Of a stretch of 64,000 bases of DNA, positions 26,301-35,886 are shown piece by piece. Numbering within the stretch: the first letter of the stretch is position 1; each line of letters begins with the position of its first letter. The notes beneath the pieces are model-generated. The model was not told the DNA's origin, ran no database searches, and saw only the letters and a list, made by a program, of their open reading frames with translations. A program made the translations under genes and the position numbers. Source of the DNA: an uncultured Candidatus Poseidoniales archaeon (lineage in GTDB: Archaea; Thermoplasmatota; Poseidoniia; Poseidoniales; Poseidoniaceae); assembly GCA_905182715.1 (NCBI GenBank), contig CAJJCP010000020.1:319-64318 (forward strand), written 5' to 3'.

Positions 26301-26477
26301 AGTGCTGCTTCTGACATTGCTGGATTTAGCGTCATCGCACTCTCTCCAATGGGCTTATTCACCAACTTTGGAATCTTCTCGGCGGCTATGATTGCGTTCT
26401 CACTGGTTGCAAGCCTTGTCTTAACAACCGCAGCATTAGGGCTCATTTCAAAACCTCCGCCCAAAGAGGTCGCGTAA
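23361..26477 (+). CDS. RND-superfamily exporter (MMPL/HpnN-like, two 6-TM bundles)
   Basis: LALGIDDSLHALHRYKEER and LGVGIDYCIHVTERYREG are the MMPL/SSD-type repeat motifs. The protein has large extracytoplasmic loops and about 1040 aa. Confidence 0.75.
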   Translation: MKVTFADFARWLIPHRKKVHVAVFLLTILMIPGVLTALQPIDMESYEMDSPELEAQAIIDDEFANSEIILGFLVSARDPAKVPALEDWTPVARMSDGAPDYSSLPSATEMLDAGEPWEGIYAPTAGIMNLTLLREIDAKVNMVQDHPMGKAMIPLVNDVTGNQAPGAISLSDHFRGFMNGTSILTQPGLTTLGVVTEPPTNWTDCGVLDCLEFDDENITQQHIDMAASRMADASNNNFLRWLSIDRGFVADMNALQTGPVGGSLNGDGTWENAFYANGRWSASSTWLLVQFDRGVLEDMGWEMIWKDALQERSIDFSEDGVKIGGYRIADGSLVLHPPQYTEEYCLEMKKEGTGCSTEWSYMDLEGHLRSNDRTTITLLLGQGVNVEVNRELQASSGLVLLMGIAIIGLLYVSLRRVSDVLIVMFALGTALIWMQGMIGHFSSLTSLFGFSLISRSQFSNLLPILVLALGIDDSLHALHRYKEERINGREPRIAAEITLQRVGRAILLTTLTTMAAFAANIFSDIAVLRSFGIEAGLGILAAFMLTGLWVPLIRLSVDEWLVKRNKSIEERKNITHLVPKEWLESVALNSGTFRKSVLIAGVAFLLTIPAAWGMAQLEGDFAIEDFLDERSDFAIGVSEISQRFANEGEPANLLIEGDVLDPEVFAAIDIFRQNMDELPEGVPDKITRQPDGTIDILALDEMVLAAQGSMVLDPTPFEEAGWIVNETGHGMNCSTAGNGPLMDLTDRDCLAFFFGFLSLNGVPGIGPIPDIPPSIVGLYISPEVELDPSQPWLDVTGEPAEYDRMLIRFGMTAPEDFPGMAKGMKEVWRDLTPFTNLSTGDQYDEGKESDDKPLTWVMPTGRPVTRYVASTTMQGEMQSSLGLGSLFVFITLSLGFRSFKQATVTLVPILLVVVWLYGLMYMAGSSLNIVTVTIATISLGVGIDYCIHVTERYREGRESGETHEEALIGIGGACGLALIGSAASDIAGFSVIALSPMGLFTNFGIFSAAMIAFSLVASLVLTTAALGLISKPPPKEVA

Positions 26478-26956
26478 TGGACATTCGCCGGCTCGAGTCG
26501 AAAGATGTGACTGCAGCCTGGCAAATCAACGAACAAGGCCTACCTGGGACCGGACAAATATCTCCTGGGGAAATGGCTGACCTTTTTTCTCTTTCAGAAC
26601 TCCCAATTGGAGTATTTGATGGTGACGAAATGCTTGGTTTCGTACTCTGCCTCACTCCTCGAACACGATATGCAAGCCTCAACTATGCATGGTTCAACCA
26701 GCGATATCAAGAATTTCTGTACGTCGATCGTATTGCTGTAGCCCTCGAACATAGAGGCAGAGGTATTGGTTCACTCCTGTATGGGCAAGTGATTGAACAT
26801 GGGGTAAACCTCCAGTTCCCCGTTACGGCTGAAGTCAACCTCACGCCTCCAAACCCCGGGTCAATTCGGTTTCATGAACGGCATAGATTCTCAGAAGTCG
26901 GCGTCTTTCATCAAGGAAAGAAGTCTGTGACGATGATGTTGCGCCCAGTGGAATAA
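26477..26956 (+). CDS. GNAT family N-acetyltransferase
   Basis: YVDRIAVALEHRGRGIGSLLY is the acetyl-CoA binding motif A. ATGA-type overlap with the upstream stop. Confidence 0.7.
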   Translation: MDIRRLESKDVTAAWQINEQGLPGTGQISPGEMADLFSLSELPIGVFDGDEMLGFVLCLTPRTRYASLNYAWFNQRYQEFLYVDRIAVALEHRGRGIGSLLYGQVIEHGVNLQFPVTAEVNLTPPNPGSIRFHERHRFSEVGVFHQGKKSVTMMLRPVE

Positions 26957-27012
26957 AACCCTTTAGCAATAAACTCAGTATTGTTTAAGACCAAAGGTCT
27001 CAACCGAGTCTT

Positions 27013-27462
27013 GTGGATGAAAAAGTAGACGCTCCGAAAGTGTCTCCGCCCCAGAGTATTATCATCCAATCTTCGAACTCTGACAATGTAAACGATACGA
27101 GCACTTTCAGCACTTTCCCTGGCGCTGAAGAGCAGTATGGCAACAATAAGATCATTGTTCCAGTCGACGAGAAACCCCCCAAAGAACTCCTTGGGAGTTC
27201 ATTGCTCTTGATTATCATCTCGACGGTCGGGTTCTTTTTCATAGATTCAGGATTCATTGATGATGATTTCTTGTGCTGCCTTGTGTGTAATGGCAACTCC
27301 ATCGGCCTCGTATTATTAGGCACATACAGTGCCCAATATGGAAAATGGGAACGGACTGTTGGGGCAAAATTCTCCTCAGTTGTTTCTGTTACTGGGGCTG
27401 TATTGATGTACATTGTTGCAGCTATATTGTTCGCATTATGGCTGCTCTTCGCAACATATTGA
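27013..27462 (+). CDS. Hypothetical membrane protein
   Basis: 149 aa with 3 hydrophobic helices. A competing antisense ORF (27000-27413) looks less protein-like. Confidence 0.35.
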   Translation: MDEKVDAPKVSPPQSIIIQSSNSDNVNDTSTFSTFPGAEEQYGNNKIIVPVDEKPPKELLGSSLLLIIISTVGFFFIDSGFIDDDFLCCLVCNGNSIGLVLLGTYSAQYGKWERTVGAKFSSVVSVTGAVLMYIVAAILFALWLLFATY

Positions 27463-27562
27463 GGATGAGGAAGCGCTTTTCAAGCACCGGTGTATTCATC
27501 AATGAGCGAGCATACGGAGCAACTGCAGTCTTAGGGGTTGGCCCCGAGAAAGTGGTGATTGG

Positions 27563-29314
27563 ATGTCGAATGAAAACCCCGATGAAAACGAAACTGAAGA
27601 AGATTGGATGAAATATGCCAATGCTGGATTTGGACAAACTGATTATTCGCTTTGGGACGAGAACAGTGCTGTTGAACAGCCAAAAGATGAGGTTGAAGAA
27701 GACGGTTCATTGGATTCACCCGACCAACTTGGCACCCACATGGAAGAGATTCCTCGAGCACCATCTCCTGCAGGTCACAAGCACCTGGTCCGAATGGGTA
27801 CATGCGACCATTGCATCGGGCGCTTGGGTGGGAAGAAGCGGTTTGAACAAAGCATCGAAGAATCTGGAATTGAAATTCGTTCAGCAGTTCTTGGACGCGA
27901 CTCGCACTTAGCAAGTGCACGTGAAGAAGAACCACTGTGCCCGTTTTGTGAAAATTTATATGAAGAATCCGAATTACTTGCTGATATCATTTATGACTCG
28001 ATATCTCCTTACGAACTCTCACGCCTACAACTCGGTGCGCGAATTCCTAAAGATCAAATCGAAGAAGAGGAAGAGATGAGAAAACGACACGGCGCCGGTG
28101 GCTCTGATGCACTCAAAAGTGGACTTGTCAATGCCATTGCTCAACACCTAAACAAGCGATTAGAAGGGGTACTCTTGGTGAATGATAAGCCCCAGGTATT
28201 AGCACTCATCGATGTGCTCACACTCACGGTTGAACTCGATATTCGGGCACATTATCTCTACGGACGCTACATAAAACTCGAACGAGGAATCCCCCAAACT
28301 CGCTGGCCATGCCGAGCGTGCAAAGGACGCGGCTGTGAACGCTGTGACCAAACCGGACTTCAATACAAAAAGAGTGTTCAAGACCTCATCGGCAATCCTT
28401 TGCTCGGAATATTTCAATCCAAAGAACACGCCTTTCACGGCATGGGTCGCGAAGATATCGATGTTCGTTGTATGGGCCGAGGACGGCCTTTTGTTATCGA
28501 AATGAAAGAACCAATGACTCGTTCTGTCGATGTGATTGAAGCGATGAAAACAATCAACGATGCGGCCGATGGTAGCATCATCATTACTGGACTGCGGGAT
28601 TCGAATCGAAGTGAAGTTGTCCGCGTCAAGGATACGCCGGCAGAAAAATCCTACACCATTCGTTTCCGCCTGATGCCTTTGAGTGAAGCCGAATTGGCTG
28701 TTCTAACTGCTCCAGTTGACTTAACACATATTGATGTCCAGGAACGTGGCGGAAAAGGAAAGAAGCAATCGTCAAAACGAAAGCGACGAGGTGACAGAAA
28801 GAACGACCACACCAAACCTCTTCCAACCGTTATCGACGTCCCTGAAGCGCCGGATGAAGCAACACTGAAGGCAATGAAGAAACCGGAATTAGTGGCGATG
28901 GCTGAAGAGTTGAAACTCGTCAAAACAGGAACGAAACCTGTGTTAATTGAACGCATCCTTGCCTCTGGACCTCCTGCACCAACCTATCTTGATTTACCAG
29001 AGAACGATTCGATTTTGGAAACGATTGCTAAACTCGCCGGTGTAAAATTGGCTCAACGCACCCCTGAACGTGTCGCTCATCGACGAGCTGATTTGATTCG
29101 TCGAAGAACGGTCTTTGAAACTTCGAAACCAATCATCGATACGATGGAAGACGGAGTCCGTGAAATTGAGTTTACACTTCGATGTGAATCTGGGACATAC
29201 GTCAAAGAAACTGTCCATGGCGATGGAGGTCGGACACAACCAAGTTTGTCTTCACTGATCCAAGCCAAATGTGATGTTCTTTGGCTCGATGTTGGCGACA
29301 TTCATGCGGATTAA
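27563..29314 (+). CDS. pus10: tRNA pseudouridine synthase Pus10 with a basic/SAP-like insertion
   Basis: N-terminal Zn module CDHCIGR..CPFCEN, GREDIDVRCMGRGRPFV, QRTPERVAHRRADL and GTYVKE..HGD. At 583 aa it is longer than the roughly 430 aa I recall for archaeal Pus10. Confidence 0.75.
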   Translation: MSNENPDENETEEDWMKYANAGFGQTDYSLWDENSAVEQPKDEVEEDGSLDSPDQLGTHMEEIPRAPSPAGHKHLVRMGTCDHCIGRLGGKKRFEQSIEESGIEIRSAVLGRDSHLASAREEEPLCPFCENLYEESELLADIIYDSISPYELSRLQLGARIPKDQIEEEEEMRKRHGAGGSDALKSGLVNAIAQHLNKRLEGVLLVNDKPQVLALIDVLTLTVELDIRAHYLYGRYIKLERGIPQTRWPCRACKGRGCERCDQTGLQYKKSVQDLIGNPLLGIFQSKEHAFHGMGREDIDVRCMGRGRPFVIEMKEPMTRSVDVIEAMKTINDAADGSIIITGLRDSNRSEVVRVKDTPAEKSYTIRFRLMPLSEAELAVLTAPVDLTHIDVQERGGKGKKQSSKRKRRGDRKNDHTKPLPTVIDVPEAPDEATLKAMKKPELVAMAEELKLVKTGTKPVLIERILASGPPAPTYLDLPENDSILETIAKLAGVKLAQRTPERVAHRRADLIRRRTVFETSKPIIDTMEDGVREIEFTLRCESGTYVKETVHGDGGRTQPSLSSLIQAKCDVLWLDVGDIHAD

Positions 29315-29457
29315 GGCTGGATTTGGCCTCTTCACTTTGCTTTTTTGATATTTTTTCCGGTCCAAACTCCGTCGCGGTGCTTATATGGGAAGGGTAGGTC
29401 GCCAAAATGCTCGGAAGTTGCGTTTCTGCACACTCGGGCAAAGAGGAGGCGACCAAC

Positions 29458-29748
29458 ATGAAACGATCCAAGGGACTGCGAGTCGGAACACGAAGTATTC
29501 TACGTCGCCGTAAGAATGAACGCAGCCGAATTAACATCAGCCGCGTCATGCATGAATATCAAGAAGGCGACCGTGTTGCTATCGTTTTAGACGGTGGACA
29601 GCAAATGGGTATGCCTCACCGCCGTTTCAACGGACGAACTGGATTCATCGAAAAGCGACAAGGTGTGGCTTGGGTTGTTGCTGTCAAAGACGGTAACATG
29701 GCAAAAACGGTCATTGCTCGTCCTGAGCATCTTCGACCACTTGAATGA
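29458..29748 (+). CDS. rpl21e: 50S ribosomal protein L21e
   Basis: MKRSKGLRVGTRS..FQEGD-type..HRRFNGRTG. GGAGG lies upstream of the ATG at 29458. Conserved archaeal L21e-RpoF-DUF655-KsgA neighbourhood. Confidence 0.8.
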   Translation: MKRSKGLRVGTRSILRRRKNERSRINISRVMHEYQEGDRVAIVLDGGQQMGMPHRRFNGRTGFIEKRQGVAWVVAVKDGNMAKTVIARPEHLRPLE

Positions 29749-29757
29749 GGAATTACT

Positions 29758-30123
29758 ATGACTGAAGAAGAGCGTTTCGTAGACTTTGCTACTGTTCGAA
29801 CCTTGTTGTTGGATGCTGAAAAGCGCCGCAAGAACCTCACCTATGAGCAAAAGGCTGCTCTTCAACACGCTGAATGGGCTGCAAGTGATGCTCGTAATGG
29901 ATACAAGACCGATCCTAAAGTGTTCCAAGAAATGAAAGACGCTCTCAGTGAAGTTGAATGTCTTTCTAGTCACCATGATTTGGCTGCAAAGTTGGCTGAA
30001 TTGATGCCATTCTATCCAAACGATGTCAAGGCTGTTTTCGCTTCAAAAAGAATCACGAATGTAAGTGATGAAGATGTTACAACAATTCTAGAACTCGTTC
30101 GTCAACATGTTGGCGTCGAATGA
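29758..30123 (+). CDS. rpoF: DNA-directed RNA polymerase subunit Rpo4/F
   Basis: 121 aa and position in the conserved archaeal cluster. The helical HRDC-like sequence is consistent with Rpo4. Confidence 0.6.
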   Translation: MTEEERFVDFATVRTLLLDAEKRRKNLTYEQKAALQHAEWAASDARNGYKTDPKVFQEMKDALSEVECLSSHHDLAAKLAELMPFYPNDVKAVFASKRITNVSDEDVTTILELVRQHVGVE

Positions 30124-30150
30124 GACTTCCCCCCCCTGAGGTGATTTGAT

Positions 30151-30936
30151 ATGACCGGTGCTCAACGTGACCGTAACATTAAGATTGGTTCTGGTAAGAA
30201 AAAATCTACATCTTCGAATGAATCGACTGGCTGGTCCAGACCTGCTGAAGGACGACGTGAAAGTGCTCCTGTGCAGAAAAGGTCACCACCCCCAAGCGCA
30301 TCGCCACGTCGAAACAATGACAACCGCCGAGGCAATTCTAACAAGCAAGGTGCTCGCCAAGGTAATCGCTCACCTCGGCCACAGCAAGATTCTCCATTGA
30401 TGGAAGAACAGTGGGCTCGAGTCATTGACCACGACCTGACCAACAATGTTGTTGTCGCAGTCAGTGAATCAAAATTATTGCTGTGCCGCTTGAAACCAAA
30501 GGCAGGTATCGACCAATTGTTGGTAACTGCACGCGTTTACATCGGAGACGATTCATCCAAGCGAGCACACATCGCACAGGTACTCGGAATGACCAATCTT
30601 GGCCGTTTAGCAAACCACATTCGAGCTGATCTTCCCTTGGTTGTCCAAATCTTTATCGAAGAAAATGAAAAGCATTTCATTGCTGCTTTCTTTAACGTGG
30701 CTGGAAACATGTCGCTCAAGCAACATGCCTTCGAACTGCTCCAGGGTGTTGGAAACAAAAAGGCCATGCAAATGGTAGAAGCCCGTGGTTCAAGCGGGTT
30801 TGAATCTCTTGCTGGACTCAATGAAGCGTGCAATATCGATGCTGGTGAATTACTAGCAAAGCGATTCTTATCTGAGCTGGATGACCGAAATATCCAACCA
30901 CGATTGCTTGACCTGCTCTTGCCGGTGAAGGCATGA
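30151..30936 (+). CDS. DUF655-type nucleic-acid-binding protein (OB + HhH) with an R/S/P-rich N-terminal extension
   Basis: Position between rpoF and ksgA. HAFELLQGVGNKKAMQMVEAR is HhH-like. Confidence 0.55.
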   Translation: MTGAQRDRNIKIGSGKKKSTSSNESTGWSRPAEGRRESAPVQKRSPPPSASPRRNNDNRRGNSNKQGARQGNRSPRPQQDSPLMEEQWARVIDHDLTNNVVVAVSESKLLLCRLKPKAGIDQLLVTARVYIGDDSSKRAHIAQVLGMTNLGRLANHIRADLPLVVQIFIEENEKHFIAAFFNVAGNMSLKQHAFELLQGVGNKKAMQMVEARGSSGFESLAGLNEACNIDAGELLAKRFLSELDDRNIQPRLLDLLLPVKA

Positions 30937-31808
30937 GGGGCGCCCGTTGGTTGATTGATAGCCTACGCGATAAGTTGCCTTTCGACAAATCATTAGGCCA
31001 GCATTTCTTAGTGAATGATGAACTCATTGCTCGGGCAATAGAATTGGGCGGCGTTACCTCCGAAGATCATGTTTTAGAAATTGGCCCAGGTCCTGGAGTA
31101 CTTACTGAAGCATTATTGTCAACAGGTTGCAAAGTAACTGCAATTGAAATCGATAGTGTTGCAGTGATTCACTTGAATGAAGCCTTTGGCCCGGAACAAC
31201 AGACTGAGCAATTCACATTAATCGAAGGAGACGCATTAAAGGTAAAATGGCCTGATTCTATCACGAAAGTTGTCGCCAATATACCCTATCAAATCTCGTC
31301 TCCACTGGTTGACGAACTTACTCGGTACCTCCGCAATCCAAGAACCAGTGTCTTGGAAAAGGTCGTGTTATTGGTACAGGAAGAGTTTGCTGAACGCTTG
31401 GTAATGGAATATGAAAGTGATGTTGGTTCACTTGGCATGACGGTTGCATTGGACTGGGACAGTGAAATTGAAGAAAAAATTGCACCGCATAATTTCAGCC
31501 CAATGCCAAAGGTCAATTCGTGCTATATCTCCATGGAGCCACATGATGAAGAATGGGCTTGTGATGCCCGATTGGTTCGCCAAATGATTCACCTTGCCTT
31601 TGATCAACGCAGGAAAAAATTACGCTCGACACTGAAGAATGTGCCGCGGCGTTTAGGTCGAGTAAAGGGGTGGCATGCTGGACGGTGGAAACAAGCTTTT
31701 GCCGCACATCTTGAAGATGACCGAATGGACCTTCGCCCCGATGAACTCGAACTTGATGACTGGGTTGAACTGTGCACCTCCTTCAGTGATTTCGCTTTCG
31801 AATCATAA
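30933..31808 (+). CDS. rsmA: 16S rRNA (adenine-N6,N6)-dimethyltransferase KsgA/Dim1
   Basis: LGQHFL, VLEIGPGPGVLT (SAM motif I) and ANIPYQISSP. ATGA overlap with the upstream gene. Confidence 0.85.
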   Translation: MRGARWLIDSLRDKLPFDKSLGQHFLVNDELIARAIELGGVTSEDHVLEIGPGPGVLTEALLSTGCKVTAIEIDSVAVIHLNEAFGPEQQTEQFTLIEGDALKVKWPDSITKVVANIPYQISSPLVDELTRYLRNPRTSVLEKVVLLVQEEFAERLVMEYESDVGSLGMTVALDWDSEIEEKIAPHNFSPMPKVNSCYISMEPHDEEWACDARLVRQMIHLAFDQRRKKLRSTLKNVPRRLGRVKGWHAGRWKQAFAAHLEDDRMDLRPDELELDDWVELCTSFSDFAFES

Positions 31809-31905
31809 GTTCATAAGGGGTCAAATGTAGATATTATCCTACACCGAGTGGGGAGAGCCTTTTCTTAGGAGGGTCTCCTCGCATAGACTCGTCGGAGGGG
31901 ATGCT

Positions 31906-32997
31906 ATGGCCAAGAAGGACACATATCTTGCTTTATTACGTCGTGGTATCGACGAAACAACTGCCCAGCAGTTAGCCGATTCAGGGCTAAAAATTGGCGA
32001 TTTGAAGAAAATCGACAAAGACATGCTGATTGAAAACTATGGCTTGAAAGCAGATATTGCTGATGGTGTTATTTCTATTATCTCCGCCGGACCACAAAGT
32101 CACGGAAAAGAACGTTATCTCTCAAAGATTCTTGCACCTGAAAAGAAGCAAGAGTCCAAAATTGAAGAAATAAAATTCCAACGCAAGCAAAAGGATGTTC
32201 TGACTGAACTTGCAGAACAAAAAGAACGACTAAAGATTGCTAAAGTTGAGTCATTCCGTGCAAAGAAACTCATCATGAATCGACTTGGTAAAACGGTTGA
32301 ATTGATTGTCAAACTCGAAAACAACCTTCATGATGAAGGCAAAGACGACCAGAAAGTGAAGATTCGAGACCAACTGGAAACCCGTGGCCTTGAAGCAGCA
32401 CGTGACCACGAAATGTTGGATCTTGAAGGAACTCCTCAAGACATCGTTGATTTCCGCCGTAACCACGTCCCTGCCCTCATTTTCCATGCATGCCCTACAT
32501 GTGGCGATGAGTTGGACCCGCGTCAATCACGAGACAAAGACCGCCCTCAAGATTGGGCTTTTATCTGCTGGGAATGTGAAAACAGTTTCACTCCTGTGCT
32601 TTCCGACCTCGTTGAAGAGCGCCTATCCAACGGTACACGAATCATGATTGAGGAAGATAAGCGACCTCGTAACCCTGTGCCTCCAAAGCCGGCTTCGATG
32701 GACTTCTCAAGTGTCAATGAATTGATCCGCAAGGATTTGGAAGCCACTGGCGCAACTGCTGATGAGATGGTAAAGGCCGTCGAAGAAGGTGGACTCACTG
32801 GTGGACTCACCGACATTAACGACTGGATTGACCAGATACTTGCTGCAAAGAATTACATCCAAGCTCAAGAAGACCGAGAAGACTTCATTCTCCGAACGGG
32901 TGCTGGAGCAACGAAATTCAACAAGTGGATGAAGAAGGCTGGATTATACTTCAACAAACAAACCGGCCGCTGGACGCGCCACAAGGATATGCGCTGA
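31906..32997 (+). CDS. Hypothetical protein with HhH-like N-terminus and a Zn ribbon
   Basis: CPTCGDEL..CWECEN, plus a central coiled-coil K/E-rich region. Confidence 0.45.
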   Translation: MAKKDTYLALLRRGIDETTAQQLADSGLKIGDLKKIDKDMLIENYGLKADIADGVISIISAGPQSHGKERYLSKILAPEKKQESKIEEIKFQRKQKDVLTELAEQKERLKIAKVESFRAKKLIMNRLGKTVELIVKLENNLHDEGKDDQKVKIRDQLETRGLEAARDHEMLDLEGTPQDIVDFRRNHVPALIFHACPTCGDELDPRQSRDKDRPQDWAFICWECENSFTPVLSDLVEERLSNGTRIMIEEDKRPRNPVPPKPASMDFSSVNELIRKDLEATGATADEMVKAVEEGGLTGGLTDINDWIDQILAAKNYIQAQEDREDFILRTGAGATKFNKWMKKAGLYFNKQTGRWTRHKDMR

Positions 32998-33006
32998 GGT
33001 GGTACC

Positions 33007-33345
33007 ATGTCCGCCCATGCGGTAACTGCCGAAGAAATCCCAAAAACCGAATCTGTCCGCAAGGTTGTACGATTCTTAAAAGGAGCAAACCTCCTTGGAC
33101 AAGCGCCGTATGTTCCTGGAAATACACTGGTAGAGCATGCTGAAGATGCTGATGTTACAATTCCAACAAATTGTACTTCTGGCACCTGTGGTACGTGCAT
33201 GGTCACCCTCCTCTATGGTGAAATCCCGTTACCTGAAATCCTACCACCTGGACTTGATGATTACTTAGTCGGCGAATGTGCACGTCTTGCTTGTATCGGC
33301 GTGCCTCATGGAGATGTTGATGTCGATATTCGACCACCGTTGTAG
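33007..33345 (+). CDS. 2Fe-2S ferredoxin (plant-type fold)
   Basis: CTSGTCGTCMV plus a distal CARLAC. 112 aa. Confidence 0.65.
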   Translation: MSAHAVTAEEIPKTESVRKVVRFLKGANLLGQAPYVPGNTLVEHAEDADVTIPTNCTSGTCGTCMVTLLYGEIPLPEILPPGLDDYLVGECARLACIGVPHGDVDVDIRPPL

Positions 33346-33356
33346 GATGGGGACGC

Positions 33357-33548
33357 ATGATGTTCAATTGGCAAACCAGCGATTGGATTATTTTTTTCGT
33401 TGATATTATCGCAATCTTGATTGTCATACGATTCCTATCTTGGAAGGTAAATCACAAATTGGAAGAAGTCGAACAGCGGCAAAAATTCGAGATACGGCAA
33501 AGGAAGTTGAACCGTGCAAACCGGCCTTCTACCTCGGAAGAAGAATGA
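33357..33548 (+). CDS. Small membrane protein
   Basis: 63 aa with one TM (IIFFVDIIAILIVIRFL) and a basic tail. Confidence 0.35.
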   Translation: MMFNWQTSDWIIFFVDIIAILIVIRFLSWKVNHKLEEVEQRQKFEIRQRKLNRANRPSTSEEE

Positions 33549-33581
33549 AAACATCAACAAAGATGAGCGGCACGGGCAGTC

Positions 33582-34583
33582 ATGGCCGAATTACGTTTAC
33601 AAACTGCGAAGTCCGGCTTGATAGAACGTGATAAATACCAATTAAACAGCGTACAGAAGACCATTCAAGACGAAGGTTTAGCATGGCTCGATATTCTTCG
33701 CCCAGATGATGAAGTTCGTCAATTTTTACTCGAAAGAATGGACTTTGACGAATTGGCTGTTGAAGACGTATTCGGGCCTGCGGATACAACTGCTCAGAAG
33801 TTCAAAAACCACCGATTTATCGTCATCAATGCCCGTGATGCAGACAATCAATTGGATACTGAACCTGTTGCAATCTTCATCAAAGAGAATTTGATTATTA
33901 CGGTTCGGCACTACAGCATTCCTGCATTGAAGAAATTCCGTTTCCGATTTAAGAAGGCTGATGAAGAAGATTTGGCATTGGGTATTGATTTCTTGCTTTA
34001 TGAGTTGCTCGATGCGATTGCTGACGATTGGACGCCGATTTTGAACTCCTATTCACGGCAATTAGACCTCCTGGAATTCCAAGTGTTTGATCCAAGTAAA
34101 AAGTACGACAATGTCCTTGAAAGTATACACGATTTGAAACGGCATCTTCGCGAATCAAGCAAATCAATTGAATCCTTGAATACGGTAACTGTGCGATTAC
34201 TCAAACCCAACGAGCGGTTAATTGGCTCTGGTGCTGAACGCTATTTCTCTGACTTAAACCAACTCTCTGTTGCTCTTGTAAAGCGTGCTAAGAACTATTC
34301 TTCTGGTGCAACTTCAGCCCGAGATTCGTATCTCAGTAACATCAGTATGCAACTCGCTGAATCAAATGCACAACTGACCGAAGTCATGACTACATTGACG
34401 ATCATTGGTGCGATTATGCTGCCGTTGACTCTTATTGCCGGCATCTTTGGAATGAATAATGAAGATTTGCCACTCGAACAGGTGGGTGGTTTTTGGGGAA
34501 TCATTACCATCATGGTGGTCTTTGCTTGCTTAATGCTGACGTTCTTTTGGCGCCGTGGCTGGTTAAAGACCTATGAAGAATAA
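33582..34583 (+). CDS. corA: CorA family Mg2+/Co2+ transporter
   Basis: GIFGMNNEDLP (GMN motif) between two C-terminal TM helices. 333 aa. Confidence 0.85.
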   Translation: MAELRLQTAKSGLIERDKYQLNSVQKTIQDEGLAWLDILRPDDEVRQFLLERMDFDELAVEDVFGPADTTAQKFKNHRFIVINARDADNQLDTEPVAIFIKENLIITVRHYSIPALKKFRFRFKKADEEDLALGIDFLLYELLDAIADDWTPILNSYSRQLDLLEFQVFDPSKKYDNVLESIHDLKRHLRESSKSIESLNTVTVRLLKPNERLIGSGAERYFSDLNQLSVALVKRAKNYSSGATSARDSYLSNISMQLAESNAQLTEVMTTLTIIGAIMLPLTLIAGIFGMNNEDLPLEQVGGFWGIITIMVVFACLMLTFFWRRGWLKTYEE

Positions 34584-34623
34584 TCGCACAGTGTTCAAGA
34601 ACCGTGGACTCTCCTTTTGATAC

Positions 34624-35886
34624 ATGACCGGTCGAGGTGAAGTCACAACAGGACCTCTCCCCATTGGGCAATTTGTACAACTGGTCAAGCAAACGGTGGT
34701 TCGAGACCCTCTCTTCAATAATCAAGCTTTGAAGGGAGAAGTCACTCAGTGGAAGCAGTATGCAAGCGGTCACACCTATTTCTCTCTACGAGACCAGGAT
34801 GGGCAAATGCGAGCCGTCATTTGGAAAGGACGGTGTGCCATTGACCCGAGTATCAAAGAAGGCAGTGAAGTCGTCATCATAGCCAGTATTGACTTGTATG
34901 TTCGACGAGGTGAGATTCAACTCAATGTCGAACGTATCGAACCTGTCAGTGTGCTCGGAGAACTTGAAAAAACCAAACGATTACTCGTCGAACAATTGAG
35001 AAAGGAAGGGGAACTTGACAGATTAAGACAACCAATTCCAGCCCTCCCAAGACATATTGCCATCATTACTGGAGCCGGCTCCGCAGCACTCGCTGACATG
35101 CAGCGATTGATTGAGAACCGGTGGCCAGGATTACGTCGTACGGTGATTGGCGTATTGGTACAAGGGCCTCGAGCAACTGAAGAAATTGTACGAGGCCTTG
35201 CTGCTGCCCGTCGACTTTCTAATCCAGAGGTTGCCAAAAGACGAGGTGAACCTCCTGTCGACTTGGTGATTGTTGGTCGGGGCGGTGGGTCTCCAGAAGA
35301 TTTGTGGGCCTTCAATCTCGAACCTGTGGCTCGAGCAATTATTGCCAGCCCCGTACCAATCGTTTCTGCAGTTGGCCATGAATCAGATGTATTGGTCTCT
35401 GATTTAGTTGCTGACTTACGTGCATCGACGCCCTCCGACGCCATAGAGCGCGTTGTACCCGTCTTACCTGAACTGCATTATTTGCTGGATGAATACGAAG
35501 AGCGATTGGGTGTTGCCTCTCGTCGTCAGATCCATGACAGTAGACAACGCTTGAGTATTCTTCACGCCCGTTTGCGGGTTGCACCGATGGCAGGATTAAA
35601 TCGAGCTAAAGCGAATGTTTTGACCCTTTCATCACGAATCAAAGTCTCAACACAACGGATTCTCGGTCTTCAATCAACCCGATTAGCACATTTTGAGGCT
35701 TCACTTTCCGCCATACATCCACAACGGGTCCTCGAACGAGGTTATTCGATGACGCAAACTTCCGATGGAACTGTTCTGAGTAGCGTCGATGGGCTGAACA
35801 TTGGACAGAACATTATACTCAATTTCGCAGATGGTTCTGCTGATGCAGAAATTAAGAAAACACAACTCAATGAGGGGACGAAATGA
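34624..35886 (+). CDS. xseA: Exodeoxyribonuclease VII large subunit
   Basis: N-terminal OB (GEVTQWKQYASGHTYFSLRD), IAIITGAGSAALAD, RGGGSPEDLW and SAVGHESD. Confidence 0.85.
   Translation: MTGRGEVTTGPLPIGQFVQLVKQTVVRDPLFNNQALKGEVTQWKQYASGHTYFSLRDQDGQMRAVIWKGRCAIDPSIKEGSEVVIIASIDLYVRRGEIQLNVERIEPVSVLGELEKTKRLLVEQLRKEGELDRLRQPIPALPRHIAIITGAGSAALADMQRLIENRWPGLRRTVIGVLVQGPRATEEIVRGLAAARRLSNPEVAKRRGEPPVDLVIVGRGGGSPEDLWAFNLEPVARAIIASPVPIVSAVGHESDVLVSDLVADLRASTPSDAIERVVPVLPELHYLLDEYEERLGVASRRQIHDSRQRLSILHARLRVAPMAGLNRAKANVLTLSSRIKVSTQRILGLQSTRLAHFEASLSAIHPQRVLERGYSMTQTSDGTVLSSVDGLNIGQNIILNFADGSADAEIKKTQLNEGTK

Noticed and set aside
34917-35444. 175-aa minus-strand ORF
   Set aside because: It is antisense to xseA, which has clear family motifs. 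Its composition (Ser/Arg/Pro-rich) is typical of a shadow frame.
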